35,166 nucleotides of DNA from Chiloscyllium plagiosum (lineage: Eukaryota). Position 1 is the first letter of the stretch. Every line of letters begins with the position of its first letter. The position numbers and the translations under genes are program-made. The stretch lies in NCBI RefSeq assembly GCF_004010195.1, contig NC_057718.1:31419622-31454787 (forward strand), written 5' to 3'. Below the pieces are notes generated by a model, which made no database searches, was not told the DNA's origin, and saw nothing but the letters and a program-made list of their open reading frames with translations. Shown here one piece after another: positions 12,095 to 25,085 of the stretch.

Positions 12095-13716
12095 ATTCAT
12101 GTAGACCTTGAGCAAAATAAAATGTAATTCTGCAAGTACAAATTCACCCCATAATCTTATGTGTAGGGGTGTGTGTGTGTGTATTTTGCAGTGGGGTCAC
12201 CTGTAGTGTGACATAGATCCAAGATCCTGGTTGAGGCCATCCCCATGGGTATCGAACTTGGCTATCAGCCTCTGCACAGCCACTTTATGTTGTGGGTTTG
12301 TGACTAGTTTGGGCCAGTTACTTAGCTTATCTCACCTTCTCTCCAGCAAAAACCTTGATTCGGTCCAAACAAGTCAGGAAGAATCTTAAAATTCAAAAGC
12401 AGAAAACTAAAATGATATGATAATTGCAAGAAAACAGTGCTAGATTTTATAAAGAGATTACCCTTCAAAATTGAAAAAAAAACTTTCCCTTATTCACTGG
12501 TTATGGCCTCTGTCCTACTGCAATAATATGTCCCATATTGTAACTTAGAATGAGCCTGAAGCACACAAGTTCAGTGACATGGTGACCTTGACTGCCACTG
12601 GCAATGGCATCAATATAAATAAATTTACATGTGAGTTATCTCCTGACAGAGGATACAGGAGCACCTCTATTTGCCTGATGAAGTGAAGCTTGCAAAGATA
12701 GTTTTTATGAGACTCTGATAAATTTGCAGAAGTTTGGACATAAATCTATGCTTAGAAAGGAAGGTTTGAGGTAGTCTGTAGCTATTTTTCAGTTGAGGTT
12801 GGCTTGCGTAACTTCTTTCATTTGTTCCATCTTCATTAGAACAGAATATTTTGAAAGGTTTTAAAATATTGAAGAGAAGGGGTACAGTCGATTGTTTCCA
12901 GCTGAGGAATAAAAAGATGACAGGATTAAATATATTTTTAAATGATAATGATTAAGTGATGCTAGATTTATTGATTACCTGTTTCCTAATTCTTTGGAAT
13001 TTGTGATATCAGTTAAGTGAAAGGGAAGAAAGGATAGGAGAACAGATCTGGCACCATGGTTTTGCATTGGATTTTACTGCCCATGTGAAGAATAAATACC
13101 ATTACTCACAAATGCTGTGTCTGTGTTGTAATTTCTATAAATGTTTAAGATGAATGTCTTACATTCCAATTTTTTATTAAAATGTGTTGCTAGCAATATA
13201 GTTGGCAACAATGAAAGGAAATGGTTTAAAAAAGAAACAAATAAAGAAAGAAACTGTAGGTTTCAGAGATCCACAGCTCCCCCCTTTCAGGAGTGATCAT
13301 AATAAAATTGATCCGATTCCATTTTAAGCAGCTACCCGCTGTCTACCCCAGAACAGCTTGACCCGAATTAAGCATGTCATCTCAACCAACTGCTAATGTG
13401 ATGAGAAAATTAGGAAACCTGGCTTTCATTCATGATACTGACGTAAGCATTAATTTAAATCATTAAATAAAGCCCACACAATTTGTGAGAATGCACTTTA
13501 ACTACACAAGGCAGGCAGAGGTCCAACGTTATGGATCTCTCAACAGACTTCCCAGCCCTTTTTATCCAACCATGCCCATTCTACCAGCTGTGAGAAATGG
13601 AAAATTTGAGCTTTTGTTTCTGTGTTTGCAAACACATCTTAAAGAACATGAAAATGAAACACTAAAAATGGAGTTTAATAACTGTTCTTATGGTGTTTGA
13701 TGACAGGGGAAGCATT

Positions 13717-14260
13717 GAATTAAGCAGGATGGTGGTGACTGGGAACCCTCTCAATGTCTGTTTTTACCAATTAAATCTGCGGCAGAAAGCCCTGAGAATG
13801 GTCTACTTCCAAGTGAAGCCCTTAATTGAACAATTAATATCCACATAAGAGCGTCATCCTGACAAACCACTGCTATTCATCCAGCCACAGGCAAGAGGCT
13901 CACCATACAGGGAGCACAATGCTCAGCCCCATGCAGGAATGCTTGCAGGTTCCCTGTGGGGTCTCTTGCTCAGAGGCACTCTGTGCCAGATTAAGGGTCA
14001 CAGCATTCCCTGCCCTTGCTGCCAACCTCCCGTCCCTTATGAATCCACCTACAACACTACTGCTCCCACCATCACTCACCTGTGGCTTAGGATCCATTGA
14101 TAATTATCCACCTTGGGTGAGTGTCCTATTGAAAACAACCATCACTCCTCGTTGGTACCACAATTCTATAGACATGCCAATATCTGATCAGCAGGCATCT
14201 CTCGGCAGACACTACTTCCAGGTCTGGGTCCTTGATGTACTGCTGTCGAGTTAAATGCCT
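13717..14260. mobile_element. Putative old non-autonomous DNA-transposon remnant
   Basis: GC-richer island with a near-palindromic CCCTTAATTGAACAATTAAT core resembling shark Harbinger-like MITEs as recalled; termini not resolved. Confidence 0.3.
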
Positions 14261-14374
14261 ATGTGGCATTGAAACAGCAGGCCTTTGACAAAGAAAATGT
14301 TTAATATAGACAGCATTATCCTCACAACTGGACAAATTGATCTGTTAAGGACTTGACTAAACTACCTCAAAATA

Positions 14375-14962
14375 TATTACCACGGCCATAATTTTTTTCT
14401 TATTTTAAAGGTAAAAGTATAAGGCGTAGCATTCCAGATACAATTCGATTGCTGAAGCAACTTGGTGTTAAGAAAAACACATTTTGTTTTTACAATAGAA
14501 TTTAAATAGTCAAAATAAAAAGAAACAAAAAGAATTGGCTCAATTGTTACTCTTGCTTAACAAAATAATGCATATTTTCTACTAATTAACTGTTCCAATG
14601 CAGTAACATCCCATAAACATATCCTTGGCAAAGGCAAATTCAGTGAATAGATTGTCTCACATGTAATTCTAGCAGCAGGAAGAGAACTCCAGCTTTTCAC
14701 TGTAACAGAGAGAGGAATAAGAGCTTCCACATCCAGCTGCAAGATCCTATCAACTGCAGAAAGCTAATACTAAAAGTCCTAGTTCTGTGGGAGATGGACC
14801 ACACCCATTCAGGCTGCTTCTATTGTTCCAACAGAAAAAAAACCCAAGGCCTCACAGGCTGATAATTTTATTGGCTTTGAACAGACTGCTTGGTCCCTCT
14901 GTCTCAACCTTTTTTCTTAAAAAAAAACAAAATACACCTCTTAAAGCCATAGTATCGTCATA
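14375..14962. mobile_element. Probable solo LTR
   Basis: Decayed TG..CA-type inverted termini TATTACCA..TCGTCATA, near-matching 4-bp flanks AATA/GATA, ~590 bp long, no ORF. Confidence 0.4.
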
Positions 14963-16938
14963 GATACACCATGTGTTGGTGCTGGAAAAAACTCTGAGGA
15001 AGGTAAATTTTTTGGACAATCCACAGATCTGATCTAACTGCTAATGCTCCAAAATAAAAGTCCATGGGTTCAAAAAATGCTTATTGCTCAGGGGCTTCCC
15101 CTGAACGACTCTGACAAATATCAGCCTGCACAAAACTCTGGGCTTTCTTTAAATGTCATTTAATTCATGTGGGAGCAGGACCCTGTTGCGGGTAAATCAC
15201 CATGACTCTACCTTTAATTCAGCTACTTACTAAGAAATCTCTCAGACAATCAAGCACTGAAACAATTATTTCAATGTTATTGCATGTAGCAAACAAAATA
15301 AGACCCTCAAGTAAGCAAGTGAATCCTCACAGCTTGGCTATTATTTGATTAATGACAAAAGTTTGGCTGTAATTCCAACCAACAGTTCCTCTCTCTGGAT
15401 GTGTCTTGGATTTGATTCTTGTGGAATGTTGGCTCTTCAAAGTTCTACTACTGAATTGTTCCCGATTGCATTCTCATACAGTTTTGTTTTGTCTCTCAGG
15501 TCAATGATGTGATAGTATTTGAGTTTTTAGATTCTTTCATCCAAAATATTGCTTTCTTATCAGAAGTAACTTCTTTATTCTTTGGTGCATTTGGTCATAG
15601 CTGTCTATTGAAAGACACCCTTTCCTGTGATTAACTCCTTAAATTCCTCTGCAGGACAATCCATTGTCCTTGTGGCATGAGGCTACAATTTCTCAGAGAA
15701 TTCAGGGAACTCCTTCTTTTCTCACGCATGGCTAATTATTTTCAACTCCTATATAAGTTTGTCCTTGTCCCTTTATAGTTTATTCCAGACAGTAATTGCT
15801 GCTTCTTTCCGTGTGTAACTGTTTATCTTTGTTGATTCTTTCAATCCATGAACAGTTATTAAAATTCTGAAGTTTATCATATCACAACCCAACTCTCAAT
15901 ACCCAAACATCTCCCTCAACATCAATCAATATGCATTGAAGGATTACAGAAGTGGAGAGTTCCCACCAAGGCTAAACCTGGAAAATTTATCAAGATCGTT
16001 ATTTGCATTCTTTACTGTTGCCAAGAATAGACAACTGTATTTCTGATGCTGACCATATAAGTTAAAGCTTGAGTGCAAAGAAAAATAGCACATCATCCAA
16101 TAGAGTGGAAACTACAGGAATTTGATGGGAACTGTCCATGAAAATCATAAAATAATGCCCTCAAGATAAATATATTCGCTACTAACATAAACTGCCAACT
16201 GCATTCATTGCTATCTATAAGTTGCCAAACTCTGCTGTGTATAGATGGCATATGATAACACTATATAACTCATGATCAATTATAAATCAAAAGCAAATAG
16301 TTAAAAAAAGGAAGTGGTAGGCTGTCATTCTCAAATTTCTACTATTGCTATTCTGTGAAACACGAGATGGCGAATTTACTTCCCTCTCACTTTCCAATTA
16401 TCTGGAAAAAAATCATTAAAGGAGCATTTTGATGTCATTTTCATTGGATGGGAAAGATATGTTGAAAGAATTCAGCTGAAATCATGACATGATATTCAGT
16501 GAGTTGAGTTTTTAAAAGTTTTGTGTTTAGCAGTAGTCTGAAACTAGTCCGATCTAAAGTTTGACTTGCACTCAGAGGTCCACTTTTCTAACCAAAGGAA
16601 AAGAATGGGTCCCATTTCCAATTGTTGAGTGACAATTTTGGAATTGGAACATGTCACTGCTGAAGTTTATCTGAATATCTTGCACATGTAGGAAATAATT
16701 TGGTGATTTATTTTTTAAATCCAGATAGTGATCCAAAATTGGATTGTGATGCAAACTGAATCTGTTTTGAAAATTGAATGATGAGCGTTAGATGATGAGG
16801 CATGAGAAGACACTGGACCACTGAGTTGAACGCTATGTTTTGCTTTTGTAAATAGGTTGATTAATTTCTGATAATTTGTAATTTTTCAACAACTTGTGGT
16901 ATGATCTAATTTTTTTTTCTGCAGTCTTTAATTAAAAA

Positions 16939-17360
16939 CCTAAGAACATAAGAGCTAGGTGCAGGAGCTGGCCGTCTGGCCCCTTGAACCTGCTCTGCCA
17001 TTCAATAAGATCATGGCTGATGTTTGCAGCTCCACTTACCTGCCCACTCACCATAACCCTTGATTCCCGTACTGATCAAAAATCTATCTATCTTTGCCTT
17101 GAAAATGTTCAACAATGTTGCCTCAATTTCATAGATTTCACAGATTCACAACCCTTGGGTGAAGAATTTCCTCCTCAACTCAGTTCAAAATCTGTTTCCT
17201 CTTATTTTGAGGCTATGTCCCCTAGTTCTAGTTTCACCCACCAATGGAAACAACCTCCCTGCTTCAATATTATCTATTCCCTTTATAATTATATATACTT
17301 CTATGAGATGTCTCTCATTCTTCTCAATTCCAATGAGTATAATCACAGTCTATTCAATTA
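16939..17360 (-). mobile_element. CR1 LINE 3' fragment
   Basis: Closely parallels 1208-1640 (CATAAGAGCTAGGTGCAGGAG..CCATTCAATAAGATCATG..CCTAGTTCTAGTTTCACC). Confidence 0.88.
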
Positions 17361-17399
17361 ACCACTTACCAATTGTGGTCAAGACAAGGAAATGAAAAC

Positions 17400-18000
17400 T
17401 GGGAGTTGCAATCTTAAAATGTGTAAAGAATTTCTACCCCATATGAATATCAATAGACCTGCAAGAGTGAAGGAGTGCTAACTCTGGTTCTGAGCAATGA
17501 AGTGGAAGCAGTATCTAAGTTCATTGTGGATCAGGACCTTGTGAGTAGGTTTCAGATCCAACTAGAAAGGGACAAAGTGAGGACAAAGATCATAACCCAA
17601 GATTGTTTTAAGATAGATTTTCAAAAGAAGACAACCAAATTATCTGGGCTGAACTGGAAAAAGAAACTAGCACACAAGACTGCAACATCACAGTAAGATG
17701 TTCATAAATAATAAATTGCAATGGTATGAGTACATTTGATTAAAAGTAGTCATAATTTTAGGATACAATGGATAAATCAAGATTTTCAACAAATTATATT
17801 TGAAGAAAACAGTTTATAATGGCTATAAGAATAGTAATGAGAAAAAAATAAAAGCAATAAGCAAAAAGGCTAAGACTGAGATAATTAAAGATAACAAAGT
17901 ATCAGAGGGAATTTGCAAAAAGAGTAAAATGAACAAAAGGCTATTTTGTAAGTGTATAAATAAAAACAGAATCATTAAATGAAAGGGTATAATTCTGCTG
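17400..18000 (+). mobile_element. Very old CR1 ORF2 remnant (endonuclease C-terminus and linker)
   Basis: RVKEC..LVLSN, A/K-rich linker and NKRLFCKCINKNR (cf. FFQYIRNKR in ORF 10164-10490). Confidence 0.5.
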
Positions 18001-18294
18001 ACAGGAGAATATTGCTGATATATAAAGTTGCCACAGATTAGCAGAGATATTTACTCTGTGAGGCCTAGTGCTTTTCTTGCTGTATTTGACCAAGCTCACC
18101 TCATTAACAACCTACTCCACTCCTTTAGTACCCCCTCATCTGATCCTAGCCCTATTCCACCACTCACCATTTCCAGAAGAAATCTCTGGCACCCATGTCA
18201 TATCCAAAAAGACTGGATGACCATTTGCATTCTGAAGCTGCCCTACTCATTGACATACAATCATTCTGATGATGTTAGACACAAGTGAAATAGC

Positions 18295-19560
18295 ATCATG
18301 ATTCTCCAATAGGGATCAGGAGGCCTGATGGATGGGGTGCTCCAGAGAAAGGTCATTCTCTCCCTGGAGAATATTGCTCAGACATTACCACCCAGGCCAG
18401 TGTTGTTTCCTTGGTATTGAAGAATAGCACAATGCAGGGAGAAGGACAGTGACCTTCTCTATCCAGCAGGCTAAGTGAAACACTTTTCTCTCTGTTACCT
18501 CACAGTCAGTCCATATCTGCTACTGTGCAGACCTTCCACCAAGGCTCATGTTCTGGCACACTCACTCTTGTATATACTTATTTCCTCACTTGCTCTATTT
18601 GCTTCTAAACCCCAATACCAGTAGCCCTGCATGGCCTCTATACAGCCTATTCATTCACTCAGGATACCACACCACCTTTCCTCCATCTGCACCAGCACTG
18701 AGAGCAGTGTCAGTCACTGTCACCTCACTCAGTCCCTCCCTTTGTCTGTCTCTACAGGAGAAAATAGCATATAACAGAGCAGAAAGAGCTCGGGTGCCTA
18801 ACATTAGACTTCTCACTGCCTACTTGGACAGACTCCTGTATCTCACAAGAGAAGACTGGAATCATTCCTATATGGATGCTAAGACATCCATGTCCTGCAA
18901 CTGAGTAAGTACCATTCTTCATTCTACTGCCAATCTCACAGGAACCCCACTGTTCACTGCATGTCAATTCTATCCATGATGCTCTCCCTGTTTTGTCTTG
19001 CATGTGTCATGGCCCCTATGGTGAAATGGGCTCTTCCAGAGGAAGGAACCTCCTCAACCTCTGAGGAAGAGCGTTTGGAGACCTCAGAGGAGGCATTAAC
19101 CAAACTGCCTCACGCTAACCCAGTCAGTTCACATACTGACACTGTAGTGAGAATATCAGGTGTAGACTATTTTAAGAGCATAAGCTGGTGAGCACCTCTC
19201 TGTCACAGCTCCACAGCTGGCCGAGAAGATGTAGCCAAACCATTGGCAATGGGAAAACTGTTGGAGACCAGGCACCTTCTCAGCCCTGTGCTGGAGTGAG
19301 CAATCAGGGACTTCATCAAAATGCACAAGGAGGCACACGATCAGCAGACATGTATATGGGAGTGTCCTTCATAGCCCAGAGGCTGGGCAAGTGCAGCTAC
19401 CATATGGAGACCCAGCTGCCTCGAGTATGTAATTATCTGGCTGTCTCAGAGACAGATTGACAGCTGCCATAGAGAGCCACAGCCAGCACTCGCAGGGTCT
19501 GCTGGATATGTGTATAGATCTAAATTCTATTTGTCTAGCCGTTGGTCCTAATGACTGAAG
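18295..19560 (+). pseudogene. Decayed Harbinger accessory Myb/SANT-like gene with remnant introns
   Basis: Exon 1 reads FSNRDQE-LMDGVLQRKVIL..AQCREKDSDLL, then AGG|CTAAGT (dead donor, 18470). Acceptor CTGTCTCTACAG| at 18757 opens EKIAYNRAERARVPNIRLLTAY; donor GA|GTAAGT follows 18904, then an acidic S/E-rich segment. Confidence 0.65.
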
Positions 19561-19583
19561 GCAAAGCAAAATGGGGGGAATCC

Positions 19584-19928
19584 TAGAGTCATAGAGATGT
19601 ACAAAACAGAAACAGACCCTTTGATCCAACTCGTCCATGCTGACCAGATATCCAAACCCAAGCTCGTCCCACCTGCCAGCACCCAGCCCATATCCCTCCA
19701 AATCCTTCTGATTCATATACCCATCCAGATGCCTTTTAAATGTTTCAATTATACTAGCCTCCATCACTTCCCCGATAGCCCATTCCTCACACACACCATC
19801 CTCTGCATGAAAACATTACCCCTTAGGTCTCTTTTATATCTTTCCCCTCTCACCCTAAATCTACGCCCTCTAGTTCTGGACTCCCCCACCCCAGAGAAAA
19901 TACTTTGTCTATTTATCCTATCCATGAC
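19584..19928 (-). mobile_element. CR1 LINE 3' end
   Basis: Near-identical to 25086-25440, with the same (TCTATGAC)n tail. Confidence 0.9.
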
Positions 19929-20091
19929 ATTTATTAAAATTTTAAAATCAGAATTAAAAACTTTATTGATATATTTTCTGGTGTTTACTTGTCTTTACAA
20001 TCCGTGCATTCTAAGGAATATAAGAAATGATGTAGCAGTAATCTAGACATGGAATGCAGATTTGGTTAATCAAATTAGCACAAACATTCTT

Positions 20092-20825
20092 GGGCTGGAT
20101 TTGATCCATGCTGTAAATTGGAAATGTCTGTTATCGGGTTGTCAGCATGAATCTATAAACAACAAACAGAAGGCAATATTCAGAATTTGGTTTCAGGCTG
20201 AGAGGTGGGGGGGTAGAGGAAGCAAGGTATACTCCTAGAGGGAGATACTTCCAGCAGAAGGAATAGTTGAAGCTCAGTTGCTGACGATCAGGAAGAAGTG
20301 CCATTTAATTGGTCAACTGACACCCTTTTAGTCTCCTCACCAACATGTTATGGGCAGCAGAACACCTCGCTCCAGCTGAGAGAAGTGTCTGCAAGCCGCA
20401 CTGAGGCAACGAATTTCTAGAGGCTTTCTGGTTTGGGTGTGGGCACAGGGGCCTTTCCAAAGGCTTCTTGACCCCTGGAAGAGCAAAACAGCTGAAATGG
20501 CTGTCTTTGCAGTTCCAATGTTGTCGCTGAACGGCCCAGCTCTCCAATCATGGGGCATTCTTGACGAGGACCAGTTCATCAACAATATTTTATTCACTGA
20601 TCCTTTTGAGGATGTCTTATATGGAGATGCTATCGCTTCCCCTTGCAGCCTTAGCAATGGCCAATTCTGTCAATGGCTCTATCATGGCTGTGAAGATGCT
20701 GGTCCTCTGATGAAGCTGGCAGCTCAGCGAGGCAGGCTGTCACTGTGAAATTGCTGCTGCAGTCCCACCAATTGCCCACCTAGGCTAGGGTCTTACATAT
20801 GGCCCCAACTTAAAAATCCTGGCCC
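20092..20825. mobile_element. Putative Harbinger-like MITE
   Basis: Imperfect TIR pair GGGCTGGATTT / AAATCCTGGCCC around a GC-richer non-coding body; no TSD seen. Confidence 0.3.
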
Positions 20826-21286
20826 TGTCCATCATGATTTTATTTAAGGCCCTGATCTCATCAGATGTCTTTCAAGTCATAAATCTGGGCATTTTAGAGC
20901 CAGAAGCAATACTTCATGATTCAGTTCATAGGATTTATTTATAATGACAAAGAGGTTTTTACTATTTATAACAAATACATATCACAAGAGGAATTTATTC
21001 TTCCTTTGCTATTAAATGATACATAAAATATTTAATACACATCAGCAGATATTTAAGCAATAACAGATGTCAAGGATCAACTGTACAATGCAATAATTGT
21101 TAAATACAGTGGAGATGTTTTCAATGCTCAATATTCTGTGGCAAGCAGTCATCCAGTAATTAAAAACCCATATTATTTTTAAATCAAAGAAATGGGCATA
21201 GGAAAGGTAAGTGTCATCAAAATGGATAATGCCTCATTCACTCAATGAATTTTGTGCCTTTTTTTCCTTTTGATGTTTTCTTTTAG

Positions 21287-21332
21287 ATTTCTGATCAAAT
21301 CTGTTACAAAAGTATATTCAAGAACAACTGAG
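21287..21332 (+). other. Candidate 46-nt exon of an unidentified host gene
   Basis: Long polypyrimidine acceptor TTTTTTTCCTTTTGATGTTTTCTTTTAG|, donor GAG|GTTTGC, and a single open frame (x)FLIKSVTKVYSRTTE in unique sequence. Confidence 0.35.
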
Positions 21333-22134
21333 GTTTGCTTTATAAGTAACTATCCTTCTGCAAATAGCAAGTAGGAATACTGTCTTGTACATATTTACCA
21401 GTCTGTTCTCTAAGCTGATTAAGCTTTGCCAGCAGCTGTGGTATTTGTTGTGTTCCTTTGTGGTTTTATGCCCATTGAAAATTAAAGAAACCATGATTTA
21501 TTTTTCTTTACTTTAAATTCCAGCACCCAAAAGTATTGAAAACCTCCTCTGGGAATCCTCTTCGAATTGAAGGCTCACCCGGATGTTTATAAAAAACCTG
21601 GAGTATGAGGGGAGAGTGAGTCGGCTTAGTGCCACCACAACATTGGCAGATTATTGGCACCAATTCCCAAAGGAATAAATAGACTGTTCTAAGGCAATTC
21701 TTCCCATGTACACCTCAGACTACAGCAGGTGACTAAAAATTTCCCTTGAACTTTGGAGCCCTAGTCAAATTTAGCAATATGCGACATCAGCCATTTGATG
21801 ATAAAACCAGTCTTGCTGATGCTAAACTCTTCCATGTACTATTTTATAAAGAAAATAGTGAATTAGAAAGCAATATATTCATTCAAAAGCATTGAAAGAA
21901 ACTGTGCGAGGTAAAGTGCTTTTGATTGGTTTCTTGGTAAATTGAAAACATTTACAATTTTAGTGTGACACGCGCATGGCAGATGCAAAACTTTTCATAA
22001 ATCCATTGGTGCACTGGAATTCAAGACATAATAGAATCTTCAATGAAAATAGAATAAAAGGTCACTCATGGCATTTACTTCATAAATCCCTATATGAACA
22101 CACAAAATGGACTCCTGACTATGTAAACTTGTCA

Positions 22135-23256
22135 GGAATGAGGCTGGGAGCCTCTGGGGTGGAGAGATAAATGGGAGAGGGGTAGGGCTGGGGAGAAGGT
22201 AGCCAAGAATACAATAGGTGAATGGAGGTAGAGATGAAGGTGATAGGTCAGAGAGGAGGATGGAGCGGATAGGTGGGAAGGAAGATTGGCAGGTAGGACA
22301 AGTCATGACGACAGTGCTGAGCTGGCAGGTTGGAACTGAGGTAAGGTGGGGGGAGGGGAAATGAGGAAACTGGTGAAGTCCACATTGATGCCCTGGGGTT
22401 GAAGTGTTCCAAGGTGGAAGATGAGGCATTCTTCCTCCAGGTGTTGGGTGGCGAGGGAGTGGTGGTGGAGGAGGCCCAGGACCTGCATGTCCTCAGCAGA
22501 GTGGGAGGGGGAGTTGAAATGTTGGGCCACAGAGCGGTGGGGTTGGTTCGTGCAGGTGTCCCACGGATCTTCCCTAAAGCGCTCTGCAAGAAGGCGTCCA
22601 GTCTCCCCAATGTAAAGGAGACCGCATCAGGAGCACTGGATACAATAAACGACATTGGTGGATGTGCAGGTAAAACTTTGATGGATGTGGAAGGCTCCTT
22701 TGGGGCCTTGGATGGAGGTGAGGGAGGAGGTGCGGGCATAGGTTTTGCAATTCTTGCGTTGGCAGGGGAGGGAGCCAGTACGGGAGGGTGGGTTGTTGGG
22801 GCGTGGACCTGACCAGGTAGCCACGGAGAGAACGGTCTTTGCAGAAAGCAGAGAGGGGTGGGGAGGGAAATAGATCCCTGGTGGTGGGGTCCATTGGAGG
22901 TGGTGGAAATGTTGGCAGATGACGCAGTTTATGTGGAGGTTGGTAGAGGAGGACCGGGGGGATTCTGTCTTTTTTGCGGTAGGAGAGGTGGGGTTTGAGG
23001 GCAGAGGTGCGGGACGTGGATGAGATGCGTTGGAGGGCATCTTCAACCATGTGGGAAGGGAAATTACGGCCTTTAAAGAAGGAGGCCATCTGGTATATTC
23101 TGTGGTGGAACTGGTCCTCCTGGGAGCATATACGGCAGAGGTGGAGCCCGAAACATCGATTTTCCTGCTCCTCAGATGCTGCCTGAACGGCTGTGCTTTT
23201 CCAGCACCACTCTAATCTAAACTTTGATCTCCAGCATCTGCAGTCCTCACTTTCGC
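22135..23256. mobile_element. Penelope-like retroelement (RT C-terminus plus GIY-YIG) with 5' inversion: minus 22132-23146, plus 23146-23256; 16-bp TSD
   Basis: Minus strand reads FTCTSTNVVYCIQCS*CGLLYIGETGR..VAQHFNSPSHS..LIFHLGTLQPQGIN; CTATGTAAACTTGTCA occurs at 22119-22134 and 23257-23272. Confidence 0.92.
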
Positions 23257-23823
23257 CTATGTAAACTTGTCACACCATCATTACATCTGTTGACCAACTG
23301 AGGCACTATAACTCAACAACTGGCAAGAGGATGGAATTACGTCATCAATTTTGATTTAAAATATGACATGGGAATCTATAATGAAAAAAATTGACAGATA
23401 GTACATATAGATGCACTTTTTATTAGTTACTATAGTTTTATAATTCAGAGTCAAGAAAGAATATTTATTGTGTTAAAAGTTTTGCAATAGTTATACATGA
23501 ATATTGTAAAACTTACACTACAATGTCGTTTGTTTTTTTCCTGATGACCACTTGGTCTTCTATACTAAAATTTCCTAAAACATTTCCTCTGAAATTTCAA
23601 CCAGAATACTGATTTGAGACATGTTTGCAACCCAGTAGAAATTTTCCACAGGCCCTCTGAAAAACCTATCCCTTGTTGAAGTTAAATGATGAAAATCAGT
23701 CAAGAATTACAGAGTTTTGAAAAGCAATTTGTGTAAAAGCTGGTTGCTTAGAAATGCATGGAAAGAGGCAAAAATAATCCTCCTGTTGATTCACTGGCTT
23801 TCTTGGTTTTTTTTTAATCCTAG

Positions 23824-23961
23824 ACCTGGCAAGGAATAGGAAGCTGAAATTAACTGGTTGTCATATGTGGCTCCACAGTCATAGCTCATACCTCAGACTC
23901 TGATACATTGCACACTGAGGAACAGTGTGCTACGCTTGAAAAAGCCCCTTATGAAACTCAG
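23824..23961 (+). other. Candidate 138-nt exon, non-coding as delimited
   Basis: Acceptor TTCTTGGTTTTTTTTTAATCCTAG|, donor CAG|GTACTT; all three frames contain stops. Confidence 0.25.
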
Positions 23962-25085
23962 GTACTTACTCTGTTAATATGAACTTACATGCAGGACTAG
24001 ATTTCTCAGTCGGTGGCATAGTTTACTTCCAAATAAATTTAGCAAATATTATTTATTGGATATTTACATTCCAGTGACTTGCAGTGGTAAAGATTGGAAA
24101 AGCTTCTATAAAATGCACATGAATCAGAAAAATAAAGGTGGAGGTGAAAATAAAATGAGGAGTTCCAAGATGCCAGCACCACTACCGAGTGTATAAATGA
24201 TTAGTAATCACCTAGGAACTTTAAATTATTCTTGTGCACTTCTTGTAGGCACAGTTATAAAAAAAACACTTGACCATCCTGATAAAAATTGAGGATGCAT
24301 ATTAAGCCTTTCAATTCCAATTAAAATTCTTCATTTGAATCATTAAGCTGCCTTTTCTCTTTTCCATTGCTCAGTGGATATTTGTACACATCCAGAATTT
24401 TCTATTTTTGCTTCGAGTGTTTATGGTCTTTTGTTTATCTCATTCTGACAGCTTGCTGGACAGAGGGATGGAGTTCAGGCTGAGTGTGGTGGAACATAGC
24501 ATTGAAACATTGAGGATGCAAGTAAATAGTGGAAAAATGATTGACAAGCATGTGACTAATTAAATAATTTCATTTGTTGCATATGGATTCCTCACTTAAC
24601 ATTCATCCAATGGCTCATTCTATTTGATCATTTGATTTCAATAAGAAAAATCAAGAACTCAGAATAGTGATAAACCGCAGGGTACGGTTTCACTAGAACT
24701 ATTGTTAAATGGTTGGCTTAATAGCATTAAACCAGTGTGCATGGTTCACCTTCACAGGCTTTGTTGCCAAATACATTCAGTGAAACCTGCGGTTTTCTTT
24801 CCCCCTTGAATGCAAAAAGCATATCAGATTGTTATATACAGTATCCTAAACATCCAATTTGTTTTAATCAACTACAGGTTCTCTTTTTTAGGCCAGTGTT
24901 TCTGATACCTTATGTCCCAGAAATTCTCCTCTCTTGTGCTTGTGTAAAAATATGAGAAAGATGGGCAGTTGATGTAATTTTCCTAAGGCTGCTAACATGT
25001 TCTGCAGGTTTTGTTGTGCTTTTAGTTAAATGTGTGAGTTTTTTTTTTCCTGAATTTCAAGCTAATGATCATCATTATTATTTTT

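Larger units (their letters stand above)
8903..12296 (-). mobile_element. Penelope-like element 3' end (pieces 8903-9096, 9402-9547, 12095-12296), split by a SINE and a CR1
   Basis: Minus 12296-12198 encodes PQHKVAVQRLIAKFDTHGDGLNQDLGSMSHYR*, resembling a GIY-YIG ORF C-terminus; a hammerhead-like core lies at 8909-8944; the SINE and CR1 boundaries are sharp. Confidence 0.7.

Noticed and set aside
15500..15565. Exon-like segment VNDVIVFEFLDSFIQNIAFLSE
   Set aside because: Weak donor, and it lies in a T-rich, possibly LTR-derived block where acceptor-like tracts are common.
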